DNA of 64,000 bases, from contig OY760142.1 in NCBI GenBank assembly GCA_963663225.1, positions 1,536,001 through 1,600,000 on the forward strand. The letters are read 5' to 3'. The position numbers were made by a program, and so were the translations under genes. Below are positions 1-10,136 of the stretch, one piece after another; positions within the stretch are counted from its first letter, which is position 1; every line of letters starts with the position of its first letter. The DNA comes from Nitrospirota bacterium (GTDB taxonomy: Bacteria; Nitrospirota; UBA9217). The notes under the pieces are model-generated. The model searched no databases, was not told the origin of the DNA, and was given only the letters and a program-made list of their open reading frames with translations.

Positions 1-95
1 TCGTAGCATCAAACACCAGCGGTTTCAAGGATAAATATTTTTACAAAATGAAATTTTGTTTTGTAACTCGTGCTGTTTTGAGCGTCAGCCTCTGG

Positions 96-1826
96 TCATC
101 GGCCTCGCTGGCCTTTTGTCGCAGCAGAGAGTCTCACCCGAATCGCAGGAGAGCGGTTTACTGCGCTCGCGACGGCCTTGAATGATGCAACGGAAATGTT
201 CGAATCAATGCCGACCCCGAAAAACTTCTTGTTGTCGATATCCTCAATCTGGATATATGCTGCTGCCAGTGAGTCCGATCCTTGTTCAAGAGCGTGCTCA
301 TGGTAAGAGACCAGCGTGAAGTCAATGTTCAACTCTTTTTTAACGGCATGACAAAACGCGTCCACCGGGCCGTTTCCCGTCCCGGCTATCCGGCATTCCG
401 CACCGTTTACCAAGACGGAAGCCTTTATTTCGGATACGCGTGGATGCTCTTTTTCTTTCGGCACCGGCCGCTCCCTGATTTCACATGTTTTAAACAGCAG
501 CGGTCCGTTCGACGCAAGATATTCCTGCTCAAAAACCTCAAGGATTGCCTGGGGCGGAACCTCACTGCCTGTTTTATCTGAAACTGCCTGAATAATCCGT
601 CCGAATTCCGGGTGCATTTCCTTCGGGAGAATAAAACCGAACTCCTTCTCCATTATGTAGGCGATGCCGCCCTTTCCCGACTGGCTGTTGATTCTGATAA
701 TGGCCTCAAAAGTCCTGCCCACATCCGTGGGGTCAATAGGTAAATAGGGAACTTCCCAAATCGGGCTCCGACTATCCTGATAGTTTTTTATTCCCTTATT
801 GATTGCATCCTGGTGGGAGCCGGAAAAAGCCGTATATACCAATTCTCCTGCATAAGGCTGACGTGCATGAATCTGCATCTTGGTGCATTGCTCGTAGACA
901 TCAACAATCCTGCCGATATTATGAAAGTCAAGCTTTGGGTCAATACCCTGTGAGAACAGATTTAAGGCAAGCGTCACGATATCAACATTGCCTGTTCTCT
1001 CGCCATTTCCGAACAGTGTTCCCTCGACCCGGTCTGCGCCTGCCATCAGGGCGAGTTCGGTGGCGGCGACCGCCGTCCCTCTGTCATTATGAGCGTGGAG
1101 GCTCATCTCAAGCGTGTCGCGGTTTTGAAGATGTCTGCACATCCATTCGATTTGATCGGCATACACATTGGGTGTTGCCATTTCGACAGTGGAGGGAAGG
1201 TTCAGGATCATTTTGTTGTCGCGCGTAGGCTGCCAGACGTCCATCACGGCCCGGGAAATTTCCAGGGCAAACTCCAGCTCGGTTCCGGTAAAACTTTCCG
1301 GTGAATACTCGTAGAAAATCTTTGTGCCGGAAATTTTTTTCGTCTCGTCCCTGATCAGACGGGCGCCCTGCACCGCGATATTCAGAATTTCCGATTTTTC
1401 CCGGCGAAATACAACCCGGCGCTGCAGCTCAGACGTCGAATTATAGAGATGCACAATAACTTTATTTGCCCCGCGGACTGCCTCGAATGTTCTTGTAATC
1501 AGGTGCTCCCGTGCCTGGGTCAATACCTGTATGCACACATCATCAGGAACAAGTTTTTTTTCAATGAGCAGCCGGGTAAAATCATATTCAACTTGCGATG
1601 CTGAGGGAAATCCGACTTCTATTTCCTTGAATCCCATCTGCACAAGCAGATTGAACATGTCCAGCTTTTCGTTGAGGCTCATCGGGGTGGCTATTGCCTG
1701 ATTGCCGTCCCTGAGGTCCACACTGCACCAGCGTGGCGGGTGCGTAATGGTATTGGAAGGCCATTGCCGGTTCGGGAGGTCAACCTGAGGAGCCGGCTTA
1801 TATTTGCGAGCTGACATGTTATTCAT
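96..1826 (-). CDS. leuA: 2-isopropylmalate synthase (yeast/mycobacterial LeuA type)
   Basis: Motifs VDLRDGNQA, HAHNDRG, GNGERTGN, IRINSQSGKGG and a C-terminal regulatory domain (GNGPVDA). Start moved to ATG 1826, which follows a GAGAGG SD; the ORF-track extension runs through the attenuator. Confidence 0.95.
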   Translation of the reverse strand: MNNMSARKYKPAPQVDLPNRQWPSNTITHPPRWCSVDLRDGNQAIATPMSLNEKLDMFNLLVQMGFKEIEVGFPSASQVEYDFTRLLIEKKLVPDDVCIQVLTQAREHLITRTFEAVRGANKVIVHLYNSTSELQRRVVFRREKSEILNIAVQGARLIRDETKKISGTKIFYEYSPESFTGTELEFALEISRAVMDVWQPTRDNKMILNLPSTVEMATPNVYADQIEWMCRHLQNRDTLEMSLHAHNDRGTAVAATELALMAGADRVEGTLFGNGERTGNVDIVTLALNLFSQGIDPKLDFHNIGRIVDVYEQCTKMQIHARQPYAGELVYTAFSGSHQDAINKGIKNYQDSRSPIWEVPYLPIDPTDVGRTFEAIIRINSQSGKGGIAYIMEKEFGFILPKEMHPEFGRIIQAVSDKTGSEVPPQAILEVFEQEYLASNGPLLFKTCEIRERPVPKEKEHPRVSEIKASVLVNGAECRIAGTGNGPVDAFCHAVKKELNIDFTLVSYHEHALEQGSDSLAAAYIQIEDIDNKKFFGVGIDSNISVASFKAVASAVNRSPAIRVRLSAATKGQRGR

Positions 1827-1881
1827 AATGCCTCTCTTTAAAAGAAATCGTACAAGGTTAATAATCAAACGTACTGAGTGC

Positions 1882-1916
1882 AAATAAAAAAGCCACGGTA
1901 ATTTTCCGTGGCTTTT
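1882..1916 (-). terminator. Intrinsic terminator (attenuator) upstream of leuA
   Basis: Minus strand reads AAAAGCCACGG-AAAATTA-CCGTGGCTTTTTTATTT: a GC-rich stem followed by a U-tract, between the leader ORF and leuA. Confidence 0.85.
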
Positions 1917-1942
1917 GTAGGGAATCCAGTGTTTTATTTCTA

Positions 1943-2038
1943 TCAGCACAAGTGAATAGAATTTCTCCCCAGCCACGGCAAGTTGAGTTCTGCCGCCAAA
2001 CGAGCGAGTTTAAGATTGAGGAGGAATACATCTATCAT
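1943..2038 (-). CDS. Leu-rich leader peptide (31 aa, MIDVFLLNLKLARLAAELNLPWLGRNSIHLC)
   Basis: Translated by hand: 9 Leu in 31 codons. It contains GCCGTGGCT, complementary to the 5' arm of the terminator, and lies directly upstream of leuA. Confidence 0.75.
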   Translation of the reverse strand: MIDVFLLNLKLARLAAELNLPWLGRNSIHLC

Positions 2039-2044
2039 AAGTTG

Positions 2045-2073
2045 ATATTAAGGCAACGCATGACTGGTGTCAA
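2045..2073 (-). promoter_or_regulatory. sigma70-type promoter for leader-leuA
   Basis: TTGACA (2073-2068), a 17-nt spacer, then TAATAT (2050-2045). The leader ATG begins at the 7th nt after the -10 box. Confidence 0.75.
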
Positions 2074-2173
2074 GAAAAATATGCCTTCATCGGAGCAAAA
2101 ATCATAAAGCGAGTTGTCGCACGTCCGAAAAAAAGCAATCCTGTGCATGCAACGAAAATGCATCCGTACTCAA

Positions 2174-2818
2174 TCATTGAACCTGAGGAAGCAGTTTTTG
2201 GACGTCATGAAAAAGCTTTGCTGTAAAGCCTGCTTTGCTTGCCGGAAAGGGGACGAGACAGGTCAATGTGCCGCCGGACAGCAGGGAGTACCCGAGAAAG
2301 ATAGAAGCCATGTCCTCATGAATATATTCGGCAACATGGCTTGGGATATCAGAGCGCTGAGAATTATGGCTTATGATTTTTTCACGAGACAACTCATCTA
2401 TAAACCGTTCTGCAAATGAATAACAAGGTCCGTACCCGTGAAACTCCAGATCAGCAGTAACAACATAAGTCAAGAAGGTCCATGGCAGAGTGGCAGCCGA
2501 TTCTACTCGTTCAGTAAATTTCCCCAGGCGTAATTCAGAAAGCAGCAGCTTGCCGATTGCCTTGATTTCGCTGCAAGTATTTCGCGTGGACAGGAGGAGG
2601 TCCAGCGCTTTGACGGGCTGTGCTTCTAATCCGTGATCTGCAATACAGTCTTTGATTTTTTGGATTTCGATGGTGTCGAAACCGTTCGCTTCCCGCTGGT
2701 TTACCGCATCCATCGCCTGGTATGCATCAAGATAAAAGTTGATATTTCTGGCAGGAATATGTCCTGCCAATTCGAGTAAATATTGCCCGGAGTTCATAAT
2801 TTTTACCAATCTGTGCAA
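2174..2818 (-). CDS. hypothetical protein (start uncertain, possibly ATG 2797)
   Basis: 214-aa ORF filling an intergenic gap; no motif recognised. Confidence 0.5.
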   Translation of the reverse strand: MHRLVKIMNSGQYLLELAGHIPARNINFYLDAYQAMDAVNQREANGFDTIEIQKIKDCIADHGLEAQPVKALDLLLSTRNTCSEIKAIGKLLLSELRLGKFTERVESAATLPWTFLTYVVTADLEFHGYGPCYSFAERFIDELSREKIISHNSQRSDIPSHVAEYIHEDMASIFLGYSLLSGGTLTCLVPFPASKAGFTAKLFHDVQKLLPQVQ

Positions 2819-3460
2819 ATAACGAAGCTGCCGTAGCTTGCCTGTTCAGTGCAGGAAAAGTTTGAAATTGATCATCCGTTATGATCGAGATTGCGAGATA
2901 CTCCGGAATCAGTTATATAGCAGTTGTTTCTCTAGAGATGAAGGGAGCTCACATGATAAATGAATTTTCTAATCTTACAAGGAGGAGTTTTTTCTGTCAA
3001 GAAGTTTAAGCATAGATTGACACACTGCCTGCTCAAAGTAGCAGCATATTGCATTAGTATGTAAATAATTTCAAATTATAACATTATGCAATACTGGCAA
3101 ATTGGTTTTTAGGTGAATACTGATTTAAAAAAACTGTCAGATATTCAGGGAGAAACCCGCCAGTGAATACATAAAACTGCGAGTCATTCTTTCAAGTTAT
3201 ATTATCAATAATTTTCTTCCTGTCTTCCACACTTATCATGGCTGAGGAGTTTTAGTAATCGTTACACAGTAAATCTTAAATTCATTAATGTAATATTATG
3301 CAATCTTCTGTAGACAAAAAATTTCAATGTAAATATAAACTTTGGCTTGCAACTTTTTTTACGCTGTGCTAGTTTTCATAGAGGTATACTTATATGCAAA
3401 GTTATAGTAAATTGATAAAACAGTACACGCTTATTCAATTCAATTATTTGGAGGAGAGAA

Positions 3461-5557
3461 ATGTTGGGATCATTCATAATGAATTTTGTGTATGTATTGA
3501 TTATTGCTGCAGGCATCGTTCTGATCTGGCAGGCAATTATTGTCGTTCGCGGGATAGAAATTGCTGTTGTTGAGCGCAGGCTTTTCGGTAAGAAGATGGA
3601 GCCCGGCAGGGTCGTCGCATTGTCGAATGAAGTAGGCATTCAGGCCAGAACGCTCGGCCCAGGTCTCCACTTCTTGATACCCTTTCTTTATAAAGCAAAA
3701 AAATATCCGTTTACTATAATAGCGGATAATGAGGTTGGTATTATAGAATCCATTGATGGCGACCCGATTCTACCCGGCAAAATATTCGCGAAGGTAGTGA
3801 GTGGCCATAATTCCTTTCAGGACGGTGAAACGTTTATGAAAAATGGCGGGCAGAAAGGCCCCCAAATAGAAATTTTGCCGCCAGGTAACTATCGTATCAA
3901 CACGGTTCTTTTTAAAACAATAAAACAGCCAGCTGTTGTGATTAACCGTGGAAAGATTGGTCTTGTTACTTCCATGGATGGTACCCCTATTTCACCTGGA
4001 CGTCTTCTGGCAAAAAAAGTAAATGGCCACTCGAACTTTGAAGATGGACAGGCCTTTTTGAACAACGGCGGGCAGAAAGGCCCCCAAATCGAAATCCTTT
4101 TGCCGGGGACTTACCGCATTAATACGGACCTTTTTCGTATTGAAATACAGGATGCAACAGTTATTCCCGCCAATAAGATTGGATTGGTCACTGCACTTGA
4201 TGGGCAGCCGTTGCCGGAAGAAGAATATGTGGCTAAATCCGTTTCCGGACATAACGATTTTCAGGATGCATCAACATTCCTGGCGGCCGGCGGGGAACGC
4301 GGTCCTCAGTTTGATGTGCTGAAACCCGGAACCTATTATATCAATCCGCTGATATTCAAGGTTGAGCTGGATGATGTGGCAGTTGTAGAACGCGGTCAGG
4401 TTGCGGTAGTTGTATCAAATGTGGGAGAAGAACCGGTCCAGATTAGAAGCCTCATTGAACAGACCGCAAAGAAGGAAAACGTCTCAACTGGAAGCGATTC
4501 ATATAAAGAAATAGAAAACCGTTTCAATGTAGGGATAGAGCGATACGTTGTGCCAAAAGGATTCCGCGGCATCCAGCAGGAAGTGGCTGGTCCGGGCATC
4601 TATTACCTCAATAGACGCGCTTATATCGTTTATGTCGTCGATACGACCAACATAACTATAGACTGGGACGACTCAAAGGACACTCGCTTCGATCCGCTTA
4701 AAGTTATTTCCCGGGATGGGTTTGAAATCAGCGTATCTGTGAAGGTCGTGATACGAGTAAGGCCGGACCAGGCACCGTATATGGTCGCGAAGATCGGGTC
4801 CATAGAAAACCTGGTTCTTCATGTTATTCACCCAATGATAGATTCCAGTTTCCGGAACCAGGCTTCGTCCACGTCAGCCATGAATTTCATGCAGGACCGG
4901 CAGGATGAGCAGCGCAAAGCAGAAGACCGGGCGCGAGCGGAACTTGAACGATATCACGTAGAGTGCGTTTCTGTGCTGATTTGCCAGATCAATCTCCCAC
5001 AGGAGCTGATGGATACACAGACGAAGAAGATAATCGCTCAGCAACAACAGGCAATGTATCAGGACCAGCAAAAGGCAGAGCAGGCCAGAATTGCGATGGA
5101 AAAAACCCGCGCAGAGGCTGAACAGCAGACAAATCTTGTGGAAGCTGAAATCGGCGTAAAAATTTCCGAGCAGAATAAAATGAAGGCAATCAGGATCGCC
5201 GAAGGAGATGCTGAAAGCATTAGATTACGTGCGGAAGGTCAGGCGAAGGGAATTAAGGCTACCGGTGAAGCCGAGGGAGCAAAAATTCTCGCCATGGGCC
5301 AAGCCACTGCCAAGGCGTACGAGCTTCAAAACAAAGCTGTCGGACAGCAAGGGGTCACTGCTATTGAAATTGCGAAGCAAATTTCCGCGGGTAATGTAAA
5401 AGTCACTCCCGATTTTCTGATCCAAGGCGACGGCAATTTGGGAGGACTTCTTTCTGCCTTTCTGACGGGGAAAATTTCTAGCATGTCCAAGCAAGCACTT
5501 CCACAACCAGCGAAAAGCGGGGATAAAGTTGCTTCAGATGAGCCAATGGATAGTTGA
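3461..5557 (+). CDS. SPFH/band-7 (flotillin-like) protein with three 74-aa internal repeats
   Basis: N-terminal TM helix, tandem repeats, SPFH domain (SRDGFEISVSV...) and a coiled-coil AEGDAE/AEGQA/AEGA tail; GGAGG SD. Confidence 0.85.
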   Translation: MLGSFIMNFVYVLIIAAGIVLIWQAIIVVRGIEIAVVERRLFGKKMEPGRVVALSNEVGIQARTLGPGLHFLIPFLYKAKKYPFTIIADNEVGIIESIDGDPILPGKIFAKVVSGHNSFQDGETFMKNGGQKGPQIEILPPGNYRINTVLFKTIKQPAVVINRGKIGLVTSMDGTPISPGRLLAKKVNGHSNFEDGQAFLNNGGQKGPQIEILLPGTYRINTDLFRIEIQDATVIPANKIGLVTALDGQPLPEEEYVAKSVSGHNDFQDASTFLAAGGERGPQFDVLKPGTYYINPLIFKVELDDVAVVERGQVAVVVSNVGEEPVQIRSLIEQTAKKENVSTGSDSYKEIENRFNVGIERYVVPKGFRGIQQEVAGPGIYYLNRRAYIVYVVDTTNITIDWDDSKDTRFDPLKVISRDGFEISVSVKVVIRVRPDQAPYMVAKIGSIENLVLHVIHPMIDSSFRNQASSTSAMNFMQDRQDEQRKAEDRARAELERYHVECVSVLICQINLPQELMDTQTKKIIAQQQQAMYQDQQKAEQARIAMEKTRAEAEQQTNLVEAEIGVKISEQNKMKAIRIAEGDAESIRLRAEGQAKGIKATGEAEGAKILAMGQATAKAYELQNKAVGQQGVTAIEIAKQISAGNVKVTPDFLIQGDGNLGGLLSAFLTGKISSMSKQALPQPAKSGDKVASDEPMDS
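3803..4289 (+). repeat. 222-bp-period intragenic repeat in the SPFH gene
   Basis: GHNSFQDG, GHSNFEDG and GHNDFQDA start at 3803, 4025 and 4247. An identical 23-mer GGCGGGCAGAAAGGCCCCCAAAT occurs at 3845 and 4067. Confidence 0.85.
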
Positions 5558-5927
5558 TCAGAGATTGGATGGTTTGGGCTAAGCCGAATATGTCGTGCAG
5601 ACGCTGAGGATGCATGATATGCATGTTTCTATCGTAAATAGAATATATATCATCCTGTTGCATAGAAGACGAAACATGTTTGATCTTAAGTAAAAACATG
5701 AGCTGTTTTTCATTATTTTACGATTCAGTGGAATTAGAGATGCGCGAGGATATTAGGGAGAATAGATAGCAAATAAACTTTAGCGATAAATTAAGTAATG
5801 AAAACTTCCTGTTTTATACAAATATTAAGACCAAGTGGCAAATATAGTTATCGAACAGCATCCTATAAAGCTAGAAATTATCATTTCAATAGTAAGTCAA
5901 TTCAAAAAGAGAGGAGAGACCATAGGT

Positions 5928-6323
5928 ATGAACGATCAACAGATTGAAGTAAAAAAATCACTTCGTGCCAATAAAAAACTTTTTACACAATTGTTTGGTA
6001 TCGGTATTATCTGTTTATTTATTTTGCATTACGTTTATGGATTTATCCAAACTCCTGATAAGCTATTAGAAAATGCCATTCAACGCGGCATGTCGGCAAC
6101 CTCTGTAAAAGCTGGCTATGCTTTTGGTATATTTTGTATATTTGCGTTGCCAATTCCCATGGCGGTTTCTTTTTTATCGTTATTAATAAAATCAAAAAGA
6201 ACCCTATCATCATTCATAAAGATATTATTTTACAGTCTCGTTCTTACGTTCATAGCAAGCATAGTGGTTGGGCTTGTATGTGTACCACGAGCCGTACAGC
6301 AGATCAATTTTAATACTTTATAA
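5928..6323 (+). CDS. hypothetical membrane protein (about 3 TM)
   Basis: Hydrophobic segments; GAGGAG upstream of ATG 5928; AT-rich sequence. Confidence 0.6.
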   Translation: MNDQQIEVKKSLRANKKLFTQLFGIGIICLFILHYVYGFIQTPDKLLENAIQRGMSATSVKAGYAFGIFCIFALPIPMAVSFLSLLIKSKRTLSSFIKILFYSLVLTFIASIVVGLVCVPRAVQQINFNTL

Positions 6324-6556
6324 AAGCTTTTCGTTTGTTAGTAGCATGTATCAATTTCTTTCTGTATTCGCGAGTTACAAGATTTTGGCTATTGTGTAAT
6401 TTTTCATATAGAGGATTATGCAATGCACTTCGGGAGAGCAATTTTCTAAATAAATTGCGAGTTGCTTATGGTCTTTTTATCGAATAATCAATTCCTTATG
6501 AATAGGCAACTTTAAGAGCTTTCCAGTAATGTGAGTGAAAGGTTCTTGTTATTGCT

Positions 6557-7063
6557 ATGGTAAAGAATAATGAATTAATTATAGTTGGCACGAAATCAAA
6601 GGTTGTTTTTTTTATTGTAAACTACCCGTTGTTAGTCATGATAATTATTGTTGGTTCTTTTGAGGTATTTGCTTTCTTTTATGGAGAAGATGTTACTCAC
6701 ATGCTCAGAGGTTTGATGTTGTTGCCTGCCGTTCTTTTGCCACAAGTCATGCTACTTTATATATTATCAAATAAGTGGTGCTATAAAATAGAAATAGATA
6801 AAACAAATAATACTATAAATTTTTATCGTATATGCAATAGGGCCATGCGTACCTTTTTGACGAAAAAGATGAAAGTAGCTATTGGTGCTTATTGCCATAT
6901 ATATATTAATAATGCTGATTTCATTTTGCCTGAAGCATATATACATGAGTTAGTATCGTATTTACCAAAAGATACTGTTGTTGAATACAAAGGTGCTCTT
7001 GGAAAATCCAAGAAAAAGTATTGGATTAAAATTAATAAGCCACTCATCCCTGACAGACGATAA
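6557..7063 (+). CDS. hypothetical membrane protein (2 TM plus soluble domain)
   Basis: 168-aa ORF in AT-rich DNA with two hydrophobic segments. Confidence 0.6.
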   Translation: MVKNNELIIVGTKSKVVFFIVNYPLLVMIIIVGSFEVFAFFYGEDVTHMLRGLMLLPAVLLPQVMLLYILSNKWCYKIEIDKTNNTINFYRICNRAMRTFLTKKMKVAIGAYCHIYINNADFILPEAYIHELVSYLPKDTVVEYKGALGKSKKKYWIKINKPLIPDRR

Positions 7064-7527
7064 AAGCTGCACTTAAGTTAATGTCATTTTCTTCATTTAG
7101 CGGTTATACAAGTTATAAACTGTATCCTGCATAGGATTTTTGCAAAAGCTGATGCAAAAAAGTAGGTACATCATTGATATCTGTTTAAATTAGGACATTA
7201 ATGGTCAGGTTGAAGTATTGACCATACTGATTGTTCCTGTTAGAGGTGAAGGAAGAAACGAAAGAATCGGAACAGTGGCAGCTTTAGAGGAGAATATAGG
7301 GCCGATTTCATGCAGAATGGACGACTGTACGCTTCGTAATATTGTGGTTAAATCAATTCGTTGTCTGTCGCCGCAGCTATACAAGCAGGCTCAAGAGTTA
7401 TTTTTAATAAATCCTCAAAGGTATTGCGCAGTACTCATTCTTTCAAGCACAGGGTGACGTAGTTAAATAAATCGGCTTGCGATTAGGATTTGAGCAGCCA
7501 GCTTGAGTTTAGAATGAAAGACATTCA

Positions 7528-8436
7528 TCAAGGTGGGCATTTTGCGCATACCGAGGCAAATAACGATGTGCTGAGATAACGGTCGCCCCGATCAGGGAGG
7601 ATGACAACAACGACACCTGTTTTCATCTCTTGTATTTTTTGGAGAGCGCCTTGCACGGCGGCGCCGCTGCTCATACCCACAAACAGACCTTCTTCGACTG
7701 CTAGCCGGCGTGTAATGGTAAATGCGCTGTCATCATCCACGGTTCTGATCTCATCCAGTAAACTCGGATTGTAAATTTTGGGCACTATGGCTTCTGACAT
7801 GTTCTTGAGCCCTTGTATCTTATGGCCGACGGTTGGTTCCATGCCGACAATGGTGATTGACCGGTTGTATTCCTTGAGCCTGCGGCTGCAGCCCATAAGG
7901 GTGCCGGTTGTGCCCATGCCCGCAACAAGGACGCTTATCGTGCCGTCTGTTTGAGTATAAATTTCTTTTCCGGTGGTTTCATAATGTGCGGCTATATTAG
8001 CCGGATTGTCAAACTGGTTCGGCATGAAATAAGCATCCGGATTTTCATTGTACAGTTTATGGGCGAGACGGATTGCGCCATCTGTTGCCTCCGCCCCGGG
8101 GCTGAGCACCAGTTCAGCGCCAAACGCTTCCAGAATTTTTCTTCGCTCCAGACTGACGCACCCCGGCATCACGAGCTTGACTTTATAGCCTCTGGCGGCG
8201 CCTACCATGGCGAGGCCGATTCCCGTGTTTCCGGATGTCGCTTCGAGAATAGTGGATCCTTTTTTAAGTCGCCCTTCCTGTTCCGCGATCTTTATCATGA
8301 ACCAGGCAACGCGGTCCTTTATTGATCCGCCGGGGTTGCTCCCCTCAAGTTTGGCGAGGAGCGCAACGTGCGGATTGGGGTTGATTTTATCCAGTTTCAC
8401 CAGCGGTGTATTGCCGATGGAATCGAGTATGCTCAT
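7528..8436 (-). CDS. cysM: cysteine synthase (CysM-like, PLP-dependent)
   Basis: IGNTPLV, NPGGSIKDR (PLP lysine), ATSGNTG, GMGTTGT, GMSSGAA; C-terminal CAKCPP. Start set at ATG 8436. Confidence 0.9.
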   Translation of the reverse strand: MSILDSIGNTPLVKLDKINPNPHVALLAKLEGSNPGGSIKDRVAWFMIKIAEQEGRLKKGSTILEATSGNTGIGLAMVGAARGYKVKLVMPGCVSLERRKILEAFGAELVLSPGAEATDGAIRLAHKLYNENPDAYFMPNQFDNPANIAAHYETTGKEIYTQTDGTISVLVAGMGTTGTLMGCSRRLKEYNRSITIVGMEPTVGHKIQGLKNMSEAIVPKIYNPSLLDEIRTVDDDSAFTITRRLAVEEGLFVGMSSGAAVQGALQKIQEMKTGVVVVILPDRGDRYLSTSLFASVCAKCPP

Positions 8437-8699
8437 GTGCGGTATTCTCCCGGTGTTGTATAAATTTGAGCACTGAGTATAATAAATTCTTTGACGATAC
8501 GCAACCTCAATGTGACTCCGTGCATTTGCCGGCAAATGGCAAGACCATACCATCGCGCCTATATGCTCCGCACACCGCAGGGGTTCCCTAAAACCGGATA
8601 TTTCTATCGGGGGTTGACAAGGCAAACAAAATATCTTGTTTTTTTATTTTGTTTATACTATATTTTTTGTGCAGATCGTCTGTCGGGAGAAAAACAACC

Positions 8700-10001
8700 A
8701 TGAAACAGTATTTTGAGTTTGCCAAATACAATACCAGTTATCGGCAGGAAACGCTGGCGGGGATTACGACTTTTCTTACCATGGCTTACATTATCATCGT
8801 CAACCCGGCGATTCTCGAAGTAGCCGGAATGCCAAAAGGGCCGTCCATGACCGCAACAATCCTGTCTGCAGCATTTGGAACACTGATCATGGGTTTCTAC
8901 GCAAAACGACCTTTTGCCATCGCTCCCTACATGGGCGAGAATGCCTTCATAGTTTTCACCGTCGTAAAGGTGCTCGGCTATTCCTGGCAGACTGCGCTCG
9001 GCGCGATTTTCATAGCCGGAGTTTTGTTTACCATACTCACGCTGCTGAAAGTGCGGGGATGGATGGCGGATACTCTTCCGCAATCGCTTAAATACAGTTT
9101 TGCCGTCGGAATAGGCCTTTTTCTCGCATTCGTTGGGTTGAATGAAACAAGGATCGTATCTCTTGGCGTACCGGACGCTCCTGTCAGCCTTGGCGCGGTT
9201 TCACAGCCGCCCGTGTTGCTGGCGATTTTCGGTTTTTTCCTCATCGTTTGGCTTATGATGAAAAGGATACATGGCGCGATCATCATCGGTATTATTGCGA
9301 TAACCGTGATCTCATTTTTCGCGGGAATAACGAGTGTACCGCATTCGTGGATTGGTTTGCCGCCTGATCCGACCCCTCTTTTCGGCCAGTTGGATATCGC
9401 GGGAGCACTGACGATCAAAAATCTGCCGGTTGTTCTTATTATTTTTGTCATGGCATTCGTTGACACGGTGGGGACGCTGATCGGCCTGTCTGCGCGCGGC
9501 AATTTGCTGGATGAAAACGGCAATCTGCCGCAGATTGAAAAGCCGATGCTCGCCGATGCGCTGGCGAACCTTATCAGCCCGCTGCTCGGCACAACTACAT
9601 CGGGTGCTTACATAGAATCGGCGGCTGGAATTGAGGAGGGAGGTCACACGGGTTTTGTGGCCCTGGTGGTCGTTGGACTGTTTCTGTTCGCGTTGTTTTT
9701 CGCTCCGATTCTGACTGTGGTTCCACCCCATGCGTACGGTGCTGCGCTCATTGTGATCGGTTTGTTAATGATCAGTCCTATTACAAAAATTGATTTCAGC
9801 GATTACACTGAATTTATACCGGCCTTTCTCACGATAATCCTGATGGTCTTCACGTTTAACATAGGCGTTGGCTTGACGGCCGGATTGCTGGCGTATCCCG
9901 TTCTCAAAGTGCTCTCCGGCCGGTACCGGGAAGTCCCCGCAGGGATGTGGCTCTTTGCCGCATTGTCGCTGATATTTTACATCGTCTATCCCTACAAGTA
10001 G
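8700..10001 (+). CDS. NCS2/AzgA-family nucleobase (purine) permease
   Basis: LAGITTFLTMAYII, APYMGENAF, YIESAAGI; many TM helices. Confidence 0.9.
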   Translation: MKQYFEFAKYNTSYRQETLAGITTFLTMAYIIIVNPAILEVAGMPKGPSMTATILSAAFGTLIMGFYAKRPFAIAPYMGENAFIVFTVVKVLGYSWQTALGAIFIAGVLFTILTLLKVRGWMADTLPQSLKYSFAVGIGLFLAFVGLNETRIVSLGVPDAPVSLGAVSQPPVLLAIFGFFLIVWLMMKRIHGAIIIGIIAITVISFFAGITSVPHSWIGLPPDPTPLFGQLDIAGALTIKNLPVVLIIFVMAFVDTVGTLIGLSARGNLLDENGNLPQIEKPMLADALANLISPLLGTTTSGAYIESAAGIEEGGHTGFVALVVVGLFLFALFFAPILTVVPPHAYGAALIVIGLLMISPITKIDFSDYTEFIPAFLTIILMVFTFNIGVGLTAGLLAYPVLKVLSGRYREVPAGMWLFAALSLIFYIVYPYK

Positions 10002-10136
10002 ATAGTGCCTCCAACCGTCCGATTTCGTGTGCTGCGCGTATGCTATAATAACAAGTGGCACCGGTTTTGCCCTTTTCTAAGCACGCTGATTGCGTAATAG
10101 GACGTGGTGCCACATTCCACTTCCGGGAGGTGCTGT

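Noticed and set aside
1830-2040. T-box riboswitch upstream of leuA
   Set aside because: No T-box consensus (GGTGGNACCGCG) or stem I motifs; the leader-peptide model explains the region.
7218-7457. 79-aa ORF in the AT-rich patch
   Set aside because: TTG start, no clear SD and no recognisable motif; it may be a remnant but cannot be supported.
7520-7535. Possible Sec read-through at the cysM TGA after CAKCPP
   Set aside because: A second TGA follows immediately, and I see no convincing downstream hairpin or continuing domain.
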